From Octopus sinensis (Eukaryota): a DNA stretch of 64,000 bases. Below the pieces are notes generated by a model. That model saw nothing but the letters and a program-made list of their open reading frames with translations. It ran no database searches and was not told the DNA's origin. Positions within the stretch are counted from its first letter, which is position 1, and each line of letters opens with the position of its first letter. Below, one piece after another: positions 26,041-38,798 of this stretch. The translations under genes were made by a program, and so were the position numbers. The stretch spans positions 34,410,001 through 34,474,000 of the forward strand of contig NC_043014.1 of the NCBI RefSeq assembly GCF_006345805.1, given 5' to 3'.

Positions 26041-26173
26041 ATTTAATTTGTCAAAATATTTTCGTCACTTTGAAACTGTGACCTGTTCACTGACAAAATT
26101 CCGTGCTGCACGGAATTTTGTCAGTGAACAGGTCGCGGTCTCGAAGCAACGAAAATATTTTGACAAATTAAAT
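26041..26173. repeat. Near-perfect 133-bp palindrome (66-bp arms, 1-nt loop at 26107)
   Basis: ...ACTGACAAAATTCCGTGC-T-GCACGGAATTTTGTCAGT..., with 6 arm mismatches. Confidence 0.92.
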
Positions 26174-26493
26174 TTAAATGTTATAATTTGTTCTTATTTA
26201 TTTAAGGCGGATCTGGTAGAATTGTTAGCATGCCAGGCAAAATGCTTAGCAGCATATTATCTGTTTTTGGTTGACTTTGCCTTACATTCTTTTGGGGTTG
26301 AAAAAATAAACACCAGTTGAGCACTGGGGCCAATGTAATCAATTTGTCACTTCCGCGAAACTGCTGGCCTTGTGCCAAAATTTGAAACAAATATTATTTA
26401 TTAAAGAAGTTATAAACAATTGAGCATAAGAGAAAACTATCAAAGAAACAAAAAAAAAAAAAAGACTTTTGTAAATCTTATAAAATAAAGTCT

Positions 26494-29400
26494 TTAACCC
26501 TTTCATTACTGTATTTCTGTTGAGATGCTCTGTATTTCTATCAATTACTTAAAATATGAGGTAATCAGAGTATGTGACAGAATACTTAAGATTAGATTAG
26601 TGCTTCATCATAGTTTAGCAACCATTATATCAGCCTATGCTCCTCAGTCGGGGCTACCCGATGGACAGAAAGACCGATTCTATGACACTCTACTGCAGAC
26701 TACCTCGTTGACGAACGACAGAGACCTTATCTTTGTGGCTGGTGACTTCAATGGTCACGTTGGACGACATGCTGGGGGCTTCCATAGCGTACATGGAGGC
26801 TATGGCTATGGCTCCCGCAACGAGGAGGGAACCAGGCTGCTGGAGTTCTGCGATGCAAATAATCTTATGATTTGCAACACTAACTTCAGGAAACCTACCA
26901 GCCACCTAGTCACTTACCAATCGGGCCAACATACCAGCCAAATTGACTACATCCTTACAAGGCAAAGGGAGAGATGGCTGCTTATAAATGCCAAAACCTT
27001 CCCAGGTGAAGAATGTACCCCACAACATAGACTGGTAGTTAGTGACTTTAGGATCAGGACTAGGAGGACAACCAGAAGACGACAAATATGGAGAAGAAGG
27101 ATCTGGAAACTTAAAGATCCTGCAAATGGACAGAGATTTAGGGACATATTACTTGAAGCCTCTGACGAAGTAGAAGGGGATAGAGCATCACAGGGGGTAG
27201 AAGACAGCTGGACGTTTCTAAGGGACAACCTGCTGAGAGCCACTGACCAGATCTGTGGCTGGTGCAAAGTCCCCTCTCGACCTAGAATAACGTGGTGGTG
27301 GAACAATATTGTAGACAGGGCTATTAGAGAAAAGAGACAGGCTTGGAAGGTCTGGAAAAATGGGGGTAGCAGGGGATTGTATCAGACTGCCAAAAGAGAA
27401 GCTAGGAGACAGGTTTATTTAGCCAGAGGGGAAGCAGATAAGAAAAAATTGCCAATGTTCTGCGCCGTGAGGACCAAAGACTGGAGGTGTTTCGTGTTGC
27501 AAGACAGTGTGTGAGAGAGAATCGTGATGTGGTAGGAGAGAAGTGTGTTCGCATGGAAGATGGTTCACTTGCGCTAAATGAGGATGCAAAGAGAGAGGTT
27601 TGGAGATCCCACTATGAAAAGTTGCTGAATGAAGAAAATGAATGGGATAAAGAGAGTCTGCCGAATGTTGACCCAACAGAGGGACCAGCTATCCGAGTTG
27701 ATAGTTCCGTGGTAGCTAAGGCAATTAGAAGCATGAAGACAGGGAAAGCCCCAGGCCCATCAGGAATCACTGCAGAGATGCTCAAAATGTCTGGTAGTGT
27801 CGGCTATAGCCTAGTCACCCGTATAGTTAATCAGGTGATACACAAAGGGGTCATACCCAATGACTGGTGTAGCAGTATAATAGTCAACTGCTACAAAGGT
27901 AAAGGTGATGCCCTAGATACAAATAACTACAGAGGTATCAAGCTGTTGGACCAGGTGATGAAGGTTACGGAGAGGGTCATAGCCCAACTAATTAGAGAGA
28001 GAGTAGTTTAGATGAGATGCAGTTTGGGTTTGTGCCAGGGAAAAGTACTACTGATGCTATATTCCTGGTAAGGCAGCTGCAGGAGAAATACCTAGCCAAA
28101 GATAAGCCCCTGTACCTGGCTTTTGTTGACATGGAGAAAGCCTTCGACAGGGTCCCCCGATCCCTTATCTGGTGGGCAATGAGGAAACTAGGGATAGATG
28201 AATGGGTAGTGAGAGCTGTGCGGGCCATGTACAGGGACGCCGCTAGTAGGGTGAGGGTTGGAAATGTGTACAGTGAAGAATTCCGGGTAGAGGTAGGAGT
28301 CCACCAAGGCTCAGTACTCAGCCCCCTCCTATTTATCATAGTCCTCCAGGCAATAACGGAGGAATTCAAGACAGGATGCCCTTGGGAGCTCCTCTATGCT
28401 GATGACCTTGCTCTAATTGCTGAGTCGCTATCAGAACTGGAGGAGAAGTTTCAGGTGTGGAAACAAGGATTAGAATCGAAGGGCCTCAGAGTCAATCTAG
28501 CTAAAACCAAAGTCGTAATCAGTAGGAAGGTAGACAAATCACAAACACCTTCAGGTAGATGGCCCTGCTCGATCTGTAGAAAAGGTGTAGGTAGAAACTC
28601 TATAAGATGCACCAAGTGTAAGCTATGGACACATAAGAGATGCAGCAATGTCAAAGGAAGGCTAACTAGGAAGATGGTTTTTGTATGTGGCAGATGCTCA
28701 GGAACAATAAACACTGAAAATGCTCTGAGACCAACTTCCGTCACTTTCCAGGGAGAAAAACTAGAAATAGTTGATAGTTTCCGTTACCTAGGTGACCAAG
28801 TCAGCAGCGGGGGCGGGTGTGCTGAAAGTGTAACTGCTAGAGTAGAGAATAGCTTGGGCAAAGTTCAGAGAGCTCTTATCTCTACTGGTGACAAAAGGCC
28901 TCTCGCACAGAGTGAAAGGCAGACTGTATGATGCGTGTGTACGAACAGCCATGCTACATGGCAGTGAAACATGGGCCGTGACTGCTGAGGATATGCGTAA
29001 GCTCGCTAGAAATGAAGCCAGTATGCTCCGATGTGTGTAATGCCAGTACTCACACTCGGCAGAGTGTAAGTACCTTGAGAGAAAAGCTGGACGTAAGAAG
29101 CATCAGTTGTGGTGTGCAAGAGAGACGTTTGCGCTGGTATGGTCATGTGGCGAGAATGGATGAAGATAGTTGTGTGAAAAAGCCCACACCCTAGCGGTTG
29201 AGGGAACCTGTGGAAGAGGCAGACCCAGGAAAACCTGGGACGGGTGGTGAAGCACGACCTTCAAACTTTAGGTCTCACTGAGGAAATGACTAGAGACCGA
29301 GACCTCTGGAAGTGTGCTGTGCGCGAGAAGACCCGGCAGGACAAGTGAGTCCATAACCCGTGGCCTTCTACATGGGATGGAGCCAGCCTACGTATGCATA

Positions 29401-30103
29401 CCTTCCCTTCTTGGGACACAAAACTCTACTTGTGAAGACGTGATGAGGCAAGTGAGGATCAGAATCGAAATCGATCAATGGAAATTGCGGATGTGCTACC
29501 AGTGCCGGTGGCATGTCAAAACTCTGCTTGTGAAGACCCGTTGAGGCAAGTGACGATCAGAATCGAAATCGATCAATGGAAATTGCAGATGTGTTACCAG
29601 TGCCGGTGGCATGTAAGAGAACTTTCCGTTTCGCGACCGTTGCCAGCACCGCCCCGTTTCGTGTCCGTTGCCAGCCTCGCCTGGCCCTCGTGCCGGTGGC
29701 ACATAAAAAGCACCATCCGTTCGTGGCCGTTTGCCAGCTCTGTCTGGCACCAGTGCGGGTGGCACGTAAAAAGCACCCACTACACTCACGGAGTGGTTGG
29801 CGTTAGGAAGGGCATCCAGCCGTAGAAACACTGCCAGATTTGACTGGGCCTGATGAAGCCTTCTGGCTTCACAGACCCCAGTAGAACCGTCCAACCCATG
29901 CTAGCATGGAAAACGGACGCTAAATGATGATGATGATAACAAAGAATTTAGTAAATTAAATTTATCTATCATTCTGCTAGTGTTAGGAACATAAACTGTG
30001 ACTAAGGTTTGGTGGAAGATTTTAATTCAAAACTTATGAAAACAAGGCATTTGTACTACAGAGCCAGAGCCGGTTTCAGCTGGATTGGTATCAAAAGGGT
30101 TAA
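26494..30103. mobile_element. TTAA MITE family 1 split by the RTE LINE (halves 26494-26557 and 29938-30103)
   Basis: Joining ...AAAATAT to AACAAAGAATTTAG... restores the consensus seen in the uninterrupted copy at 3305-3514. TTAA is present at both ends. Confidence 0.88.
26558..29937 (+). mobile_element. RTE-clade LINE, 5'-truncated and frameshifted (partial AP endonuclease, RT, PHD finger, repeat-containing 3' UTR, (GAT)n tail)
   Basis: APE motifs IISAYAPQ, VAGDFNGHVG and SQIDYIL. RT motifs QFGFVPGKSTTDAIF, FVDMEKAFD, GVHQGSVLSPLLF and LLYADD. The ORF is broken into at least four pieces (26525-27514, 27487-28011, 28017-28931, later fragments). Confidence 0.95.
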
Positions 30104-32633
30104 AGAAATAAATTACAAGAATACTATAAAAGAACATCTGGAACATAGCCTACCATTCATAAAATATGGTGTACATCAAAGTTAAAACTATAAGACAGAA
30201 CAGCTTAGCAATTTAACAAATGGCTACTTTAAAAGAAATGAACTCAATTAGATATGTAACCTCTCCTTTTCAGAATTAAAATAAATATAAAATTTAAGTG
30301 AATTTAACAGGAAAGATTAGATTAAATGAAATAGAAATTATATTGTAAAAGATTGAAAAGTTTATCTGTATGAAATTTATTAAGGAGGCATTTTGTATTT
30401 TGTATCTATTGAGTAGAGAAGAAAATAGATTTTCTAACATTTTTTTTTCTCCTGAGAACCAGGATTGCTTCCACCAGATTTTGCCTTATTAAAAGGCCTT
30501 AAATTTGATTTGATTGTTTTCATTGCATAAAATGAAATAGCATCTGTGAAATTATAAATAGCAATGTAATGCATTAGAATTTCCACTTTGTTGGAGTTGA
30601 CTCTGACTCCAGCAGTCCAATAATTGCTTGACTCTGACTCTCTGATGCTGATTACACAGCCTTGTTTGAAACTGCTTCCCCAGCTCCATTATCACATCAT
30701 ACAGTATATGACAGCTGCAGTTGTACAGGCATGAATATCTGGATATAAATAATGTGTTGTATAGGATATGGATAGTGCAGTTGTACTGGATTTGGGTGGT
30801 GAATTGTGTTTGATTTGATTGCTGCAGTTATTCAGCACAAGGCTGCTGCAGTTGCACTTGACATGATTTTTGCTGCTGTTGTTGTTCTTCATCAACTCAT
30901 AATTACTATCTTTAAAACCTTTAACTACCACAATTCTATAATTATTGAATATTTTGTAATCTTAGCCACGAACCGCCTATGTATTTATGTGTATATGTGT
31001 GTGTATATATCTATATCTGTCTGTCTATCTCTTTCTCTATCTATCTATCATATATATATATATATATATATATATGTATCCGTTTAGTGTTCTGATTTAT
31101 TTATACACATTGCTTTGAATTAATCACATATTATTTTGTAGCTTCAAGATTTCAATAATGTATTTCTCTATGTTGAGAATGACATTGTAGGGTAGGTATG
31201 AGAGGTTGGATCTGGACAGTTTTAACATAAAACAGGTAGAATATTTGAGGTAGATATGGCTGGATTAAATGCTAAAGGGATATATATATGTTTGTATATA
31301 TATATATATGTGTGTGTGTATATATGTGTGTGTGTACGTATGTGTGTATGTATATATGTGTATATATATATGTATGTATATGTGTGTATCATCATCTTCA
31401 TCGTTTAATGTCCGTTTTCCATGCTATCGTGGATTAGATGGTTCGACGGGAGTCTGGGAAGTCTGATCTGGCAGTGTTTCTACAGCTGGATGCCCTTCCT
31501 AACGCCAACCACTCCATGAGTGTAGTGGGTGTTTTTTATGTGCCACGAGCACATGGGGCCAGAGGAGGGTGGTAATGGCCACGATCAGTTGGTGCTTTTT
31601 ACGTGCCACCGGCACGGAAGCCAGTCAAGGCGGCGCTGGCATCAACCATGTTCGGATGGTGCTTTCTACGTGCCACCGGCACGGGTATCACAACTACAAT
31701 TTCCATTTGATATTTATTTTGATGTTGATGTACTTGACTCAGTAGGTCTCCTCAAGCACAGCAGGTCACCCTACGATCCAAGCTACGTTGAATGGGCTGG
31801 GGCTGGTTATGTGAAGCTGGTGTAGGATATGCCGTGATACATACATACATACATGAGAAGCTTCCTTCAGTTTCTGTGTACGAAATCCACTCATAATACT
31901 TTGGTCAACCCAAAGCTCAAGTAGAAGACACTTGCTCAAGGTGCCATGCAGTGGGATTGAACCTAGAACCATGTGGTTGGGAAGCAAGCTTCTTTATGAC
32001 ACAGCCACGCCTGCCCCTACTTATTTTAGTCATTTGAGTTTTGACATACTCGAGCATTGCCTTTAAGGATCTAGTGGATTATATTGGCCCCAGTTCTTAT
32101 TTTAAGTCTGGTATTTATCATTTTGCAGTTACTGAAATACTAAGGAACATAAGCAATACTGCTCTGTTTATAGGGGTGCCAACATAGACAGATACCAAGA
32201 TTCACACACACGCACACACACACACACACTCTCTCTCTCTCAACACACACACGTGCACACACACACACACACACTCTCTCTCTCTCTCTCTCAACACACA
32301 CGTGCACATACACACACACACACTCATGACTTCCACACACTTTCAGGTTACCAAAATTTACAAGGCAAGACAGTTGCTCAAGGTGCAATGGGACCGATCC
32401 TGAAACAGTGATTATGAAAACTCAATCACACAACCACGTCTGTATAATGATATTGAAAAAGAAGGAAGTCCTGTTTCTTTATCAAATTATTGTAATGGGA
32501 GAATTTATAGGAAGCATAGTGGGGTGTGTAAACTATATTCAGCAAAACAGGTACGGTCAATCAGCAAGTTAGCCTTAATTTGTTCCAGTAAGATGAACAT
32601 CCTGGTTTGAGATTCATTATTCCTCTGGATATA

Positions 32634-33140
32634 TAATAATAATAATAATAATAATAATGAAATTATTGTATACAGTACTCAGGTGCACCACAACTTGTCA
32701 AAAAGTGCATATAAAGCATATGCAGTAATGTACAAATGTCTGGGAAATGAACAGTGTATGAGTCAGATACATGCTTGCATGTGTATGGAGGGGAGAAAAT
32801 CAGGTGTAGTGTTGGCGAATCTCAGGAAGCACAGAAGTTTTGAAGGATGCAGTGCTCCGACAACTAACAACTGATGCCGGCAGTTTGTTCCATACTTCAG
32901 CAACTCTTAGCGTGAAAAAATGTTTCCGAAAGTCATTGGAGCAGTGCTGTTTTCTGACTTTGTAAACATGTCCACGAGTGTTAGACAGGTGGAGTTTGAA
33001 AAGGTGCTCAGAGTTATTGTTAGTAAGATGGTTAATAATTTTATGGGTGTCTGCCAAATCAGCTGCCAGACATCTGTGTTTCAGTGTATCCATGCCCAGG
33101 GAAGTAAGGCGTTCAGAATATGGCAAATGCCTGATGGATG
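32634..33140 (-). mobile_element. CR1/L2-type LINE 3' end with (ATT)n tail
   Basis: ORF 32800-33126(-) reads YSERLTSLGMDTLKHR...DLADTHKII...NTRGHVYK...HFFTLRVAEVWNKLP. The (ATA)n run at 32634-32660 is the tail. Confidence 0.85.
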
Positions 33141-34075
33141 GTATGATTAGGTTATTCTGTTTTGCTTCAGTGATCTACTAGAATCTAGTTTAATGATATT
33201 TAACCTTGTTTGATCCACAACACAAGCTTTGCATTGCACCCTTAACATAAGTGAAAATGTAGCAATGTATGTTTTATAGCCCCTTACTTCTGACCCCCAG
33301 AATATTTCATTAGAAAAATTGTCAAGAATGGGTTCTATTGAAATGCATTGCATTTATTTCAAATAAATTTTTTAAATAATGAAGAACTTAGCAGAAGAAC
33401 TTTACCATTATTAATCTGGTGTTTGGAACAGAAATTAACAGAAAATTTTGATGGAAGGTTTCCATTTAGATAATTTTAAAAATGTGAATTTTCTATCAGA
33501 AGCAGGGATGGTCTCAGGTGAGTTAAGGAAAAGTGGGGTGATAATGATGTAGCCAAAAGGGGACAATGGATGTAAAAGCAAGCAAAATGATGGGTTAGTT
33601 AGGTTAAGTTTTATTTGTGAAATACTGCTGTTTTGAATTTGTTGCAGAAAATGGTTTGTTCGAGGAGGTGATGGGGAAGCAGGAGGGGGCAGGAATACAA
33701 GGAATGTAGCCTAGGTGCCAAAGGGGTGGTAGCTTGAAAAAGTTTGGGAACCACTGAACTAGATTAAAAATGAAAAATTTGGGGTTTAACCCCTCCAAGT
33801 TCTTGATTACTATCAAAATTAATTGAAACATAGGCTTTGTTTTTGAATAGAAATGTGGCCATGAAAGTGTTGAGCAGAAATGGAAATGCAGTAATACATG
33901 ATGTCAGGGTATATGTGTCCATAAATCCTGACATCAGAGCTCTGGAATATTTCATTAGGAAAATAATAGAGAAAGGCTTGAATTAATAGAACAGGTTCTT
34001 TTTACAAGTTTCTTTTGTTTCTGCTTATTTTTTTTTATTAATAATATATCTGTATTTTTTGTTTTTCTTTTTTAG

Positions 34076-34182
34076 ATGATCACAGTCGTATAATATTAGA
34101 TGTCAATAATGGTTGTGGAGATTATATTAATGCAAATCTCATCGAAATTAGCAAGGCAAACCGGAGATATATCCTCACACAG
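34076..34182 (+). CDS. PTPN1: PTPN1/2-like exon B (107 nt, phase 1-0): (Y)DHSRIILDVNNGCGDYINANLIEISKANRRYILTQ
   Basis: Poly-T and TAG acceptor; DYINA and YILTQ motifs. The donor is CAG|GCAAGA (non-canonical GC). Confidence 0.93.
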
Positions 34183-37100
34183 GCAAGAATATTTCTTTAG
34201 ACTGCTTAGCCTTTTGTTTTTCCAGTCTCTTGTAATTTTCTCTCAGTATTAATTCAAAATCTTTGAAAGCTGTTGAAATTGTATTCCATCTGTGTGTGTT
34301 TGTTTTCAAGCTTTAATCAAAGCAGGAAGGCTAATGGCCATCACCTTTTTGCAAGTATTCAGAGACTGTTGTTTGGATGGATAAGCAATGATTGATGGCT
34401 TGCTGCAGTAGAAAGTTGGGTAGCAGCACACGGTATTATCAAGTTAGCCTCAAACCATAGAACTGATCTGAATGCTTGCAACAAAGTGGAATCTGCAAGA
34501 TGCACCAAAGGTGGTACTCTTAAATTGGATGGTGGATTAGAGCTACCCTTGAAGAACAGGTTCAGTTCAACAGTCTTCTGCTCATTTTTCATCTCCCGAT
34601 TTCACTCAGAAGGCTTTGGTTGATTCAAGATTGTGGTACAAAACACTTGCCCAAAATTCTACACAGTGGGATTGAATCCAGAACCATGTGATTGCAAAGC
34701 AAACATCTTAATATCATGACCATGCCTATACCTTCAGGTTTTGTCAATAGTACTGGACTACAAACTGAAGGACTGAAGGGTTTGTAGTTCATATCCTGAT
34801 ATTGCCTTCTATCCATGAAAGAAGAAAATTCTAACTTATTAACTCTGAATGGTAAAACTGGGAAGTTGCAGTTCATTGATAAAAGTGGAAAGAACACTGT
34901 GGTGGTGAGTTCATGTCCTTCCAAGGGACACAGTAATTACAAGATCCTGATATCCAGTGTAAGAAATCAACAGTATCCTCAGAAGTTCAATTTCTTTATA
35001 GTACTTCCAGTGGGATAAAGTTTACAAATATTAAATATTACAATCATATCTTCTTTTTGGCCCTATGGTCATCCAGTCATTCTGTTGTCTAGAATAAATG
35101 TTTGTCTTCTAACTCAACATAAGAAGTTAAATTGTGCTCCAGTGAACAGCCCTGATGGACACTAATTGGACTCCAATGAGGAGCCCCAAATGTCTAGCAA
35201 GACTATTTATTGTTCATTAAACAATTTTGTTTTCTAAGGTATAAACATACTCATCATGTTTGTAGACTTCTCAGCTTGGAAAGAGTGATGCAATTTGATG
35301 CCTAGATGTAAATTTGCAATAGTGAATCAGTTAAGGACATCCAAAGACTATGTACTGATGTTAAAGTGTCTTGCTAGGCCTGCGAACCATGTATTAAAAA
35401 AAGCACTAAATTTTCATTACATCATAGTGAAGGTTAATTTAACTAAAAATATTTGAGTGATGGGATTACTGTAGCCCTGTATGCATGAGGGGGTTGCTGT
35501 AGCACCATATGAGTGACAGGATTGCTGTGACACTGCATAAGCAATGGGGTTGCTACAGTGCTGCATGAGTGATGGGGTCACTGCAGCGCGACACAAGGAA
35601 GTCAATTTCATTGACCTTATTTACTCAGTTGCTACTTGTTTTATCAACCCTGAAAAGATGAGAGGTGAAGTTAATCATGGCAGCATTTGAACTCAAATGT
35701 AATGAATTAGAAGAAATACTACTAAGCATTTTGTCTAAAAAGCTAACAATTCTGCCAGCTCACACCTCTAATAATAATATAATGATAATGATTTCTAACA
35801 TAGGCATGAGGTTTCACATTCTAGGGAAAGTTTATATAGTTGATTAAATCATCGTCTCCAGAACTAGATTGGAACTTATTTTATTGACCCCAGAAGGATG
35901 AGAGTCAACCCCATTGTGCACTTAAACTTGGAATGTAAAAGGAGTGTGAATAAATGTTGCAAAACATTTTGTACAGCTGTCTATTGATTTTTGCAATTCA
36001 ACAGTAAAAAAAAAAAAGCATTTTGTCCTGCAGTCTACTGACACTGCCATCATACAGTGAAAAACATTAAAATTTTTTCCTCTAATTTTTTTCTTTTTTT
36101 TTTTATTTTTCTCACCCAAAATAATTGTACTTGTGAAAAGCCTTTGTTTTTAATATTCTTGGCTCAACAAAGACATTTTAAATCATCAACTAGCCACAGT
36201 TAGCTAATTTGTGAAAACATTAATTCTAACAAGGTTACTATTGTTTACTGTTGACTTTCATCTTGTACAATAGCCTCATTAATGAATATCACTGCACTTA
36301 AGGGAGAAGGAGAAACAAAAGAGGAAAACAATAGTAAAAAAAAATTTATATAATCATCATCATCATTATTTTTATGTCTTTTTTTGTCCATGTGGTTTTT
36401 TGAGGCAGTATTCTACAGCCTGATACTGCATGGCTTATTAGTTACAGCATTCGCAGTACTTGACCTATGATCAGAAGGTTGTGAGTTGGTTTCCTAGAGG
36501 TGTGTTGTATCCTTCAGCAATGCACTTTATTTCACATTGCTCCAATCCGCTCAGCTGGTAAAAACGAGTAGTATTGATATTTCAAAGGGCCTGCCTTGTC
36601 ACATTCTGTGTCATGCTGAATCTTCCTGAGAACTACTTGGAGTGCTCAACCACTTGCTCATTAATTTCTTGAGCAGACTGTTTCATTGATTGGATCAGCA
36701 GGAACTCTCATCATTGTAACCAATGCAAATATCCTTCCTGCTAATCTTTCCTTCTTCTCAAGCACTGTACTTTAACCCGTGTTTTTGCTTGTAAAACTGC
36801 TGAGCTACTGGACTTATTTGTTTATGCAGGACATAAACATTACTACTTCCCAAGCAACACTGGTGCAAAGACACGCACGCACGCGCACACACACACACAC
36901 ACACAATGACTGGCTTCAGTTCAGTTTGTGCTTATCAGATTTCATTTACAAGTTGTTGGTCAACCTATGCTTATAGAAGGCATTTATCCAAAGGGCTGTG
37001 CAGTAGGATCAAAACCATATATATGTAGCAGGAAGCAACCTTCTTAATCATATAGGCATTTTTACACAGATGCACACCTGCATACACACACAGGTACAAT

Positions 37101-37884
37101 ATATATTATATGTTATATATATATTGAGAAATATACTTTGTAACTATGTACACACACACACACATATAACCATTGCATCCAATAATGCATTGCACAAATA
37201 ATGTTAGATATAATATTGTATTTGAGATGTTACATGCACACACACACAATATTTTAATCACTTAGTCCTTTCCAGATTATCATTCTTTTTTGCCAGATGG
37301 ACCACTGCCAGCCCATTCAATCGGAATACCTGCCCTTATCCATTGCAAACAGTAACTCTTGTCTTCGGGAATCTGAGAGGTCCACCTTTTAGGCAGTCTG
37401 CAACATAATCTAGGGTTTGGGAAGTCTTGGCAGAATGTCAGCACTGTGCAGTTATTGGGTGGCCCTCTTATTACCTGGCCAGATACTTGGCAGATGAAAA
37501 TATAATAATAATAAGCCTTTCTTATTGGCACAAGGCCTGAAATTTTGTGGGAGGGTACTAGTTGATTACATCGATCCCAGTGTTTCACTGGTACTTTAAT
37601 TTATCGACCCCGAAAGGATGAAAGGCAAAGTCGACCTTGGCAGAATTTGAACTTAGAACGTAAAGACAGAGATGTAATATTACTAAGCATGTTGCCTAGC
37701 ATGCTAACAATTCTGCCAGCTTGCTGCCTAATAATAATAATAATAATAATAACAATAACAACAACAACAATAATCCATTCTACTATAGGCACAAGGCCTG
37801 AAATTTTTGGGGTTGATATAATCAACTAGAATCCTCCCCAAAAAGTTGATTATATCAACCCCAGTGTTCCACTGTACTTAATTT

Positions 37885-38260
37885 ATGGTGGGTGTGGAAG
37901 TGATCCCATGTTTTTTGGCAAGAAACTGATGAGGGGAGCTCTGTGATGGTACATTGTCATTGTGAAGAATCCAATTCTTCATGCTCCACAGATCCAGACA
38001 CTTTTCACCAAATGCTTCAAAACATTGTTGAATGTCCTCTGACGATTCTCATGCACAAGCTGATGAATTTTTTCCACATTTCCAGGAGTGTTGCTCATGG
38101 AATGTCTTCCGCTTTTGAAGCACCTGTACCCCTTGAAACATTTTGTATGACCCCTTGTTGCTGTAAGTTTGCTGAAGCATGCTCAATGTCTCTGTAGCAG
38201 ACTTCCCAAGTTTAATAAAAAAAATTACACGTTGGTTCTTTGTTCCAACTTCTTGTCCAT
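37885..38260 (-). mobile_element. Degenerate mariner-type transposase fragment
   Basis: Minus-strand fragments read ...DLWSMKNWILHNDNVPSQ...FLAKKHGIT..., resembling mariner WILHHDNAPSH...FLAK. Heavily disrupted. Confidence 0.55.
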
Positions 38261-38552
38261 GATAGTATTATGTAAAATAGATTTATGTTGAATAATGATG
38301 AAACAATTCTAAATGAAATATTAAAAATGATTTACTAACTCCATTCTCATACCCACTATTTTATGAGTTATAACAGTTATGTCAAATATTGCAAAAGTGT
38401 GAGAAGATCCCTTCACTCTGATGAGACAGGAATGGTTAATGATCTATTTGAATTAGGAACTCAACGCAAAAGACTTATAAGGTTATATGAAACATCCATA
38501 ATAAAAAGATTAAAGTTGGACACATATTTTTAATGTAATGTACACACACACA

Positions 38553-38583
<31 letters not shown>

Positions 38584-38699
38584 CCACACACTCTGTCTCT
38601 ACCCACTCCCCCTCTTTTGAATTAAAGTCATTCTGGCAATACTGAAGCAGTTTTTGTTGAAGATATTATTTTCTTAATATTTTGTGTCTTTTTGTTCAG

Positions 38700-38798
38700 G
38701 GTCCTTTGGAAAACACAGTTGGCCAGTTTTGGCAAATGGTCTGGGAACAGAACACTATGGGTATTGTTATGCTCAATAGAATTATGGAAAAAGGAACT
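38700..38798 (+). CDS. PTPN1: PTPN1/2-like exon C (99 nt, phase 0-0): [33 protein letters not shown]
   Basis: TTCAG acceptor and GTAAGT donor; GP/FWxMVWEQ/IVMLN motifs. Same length as I recall for human PTPN1 exon 4. Confidence 0.96.
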
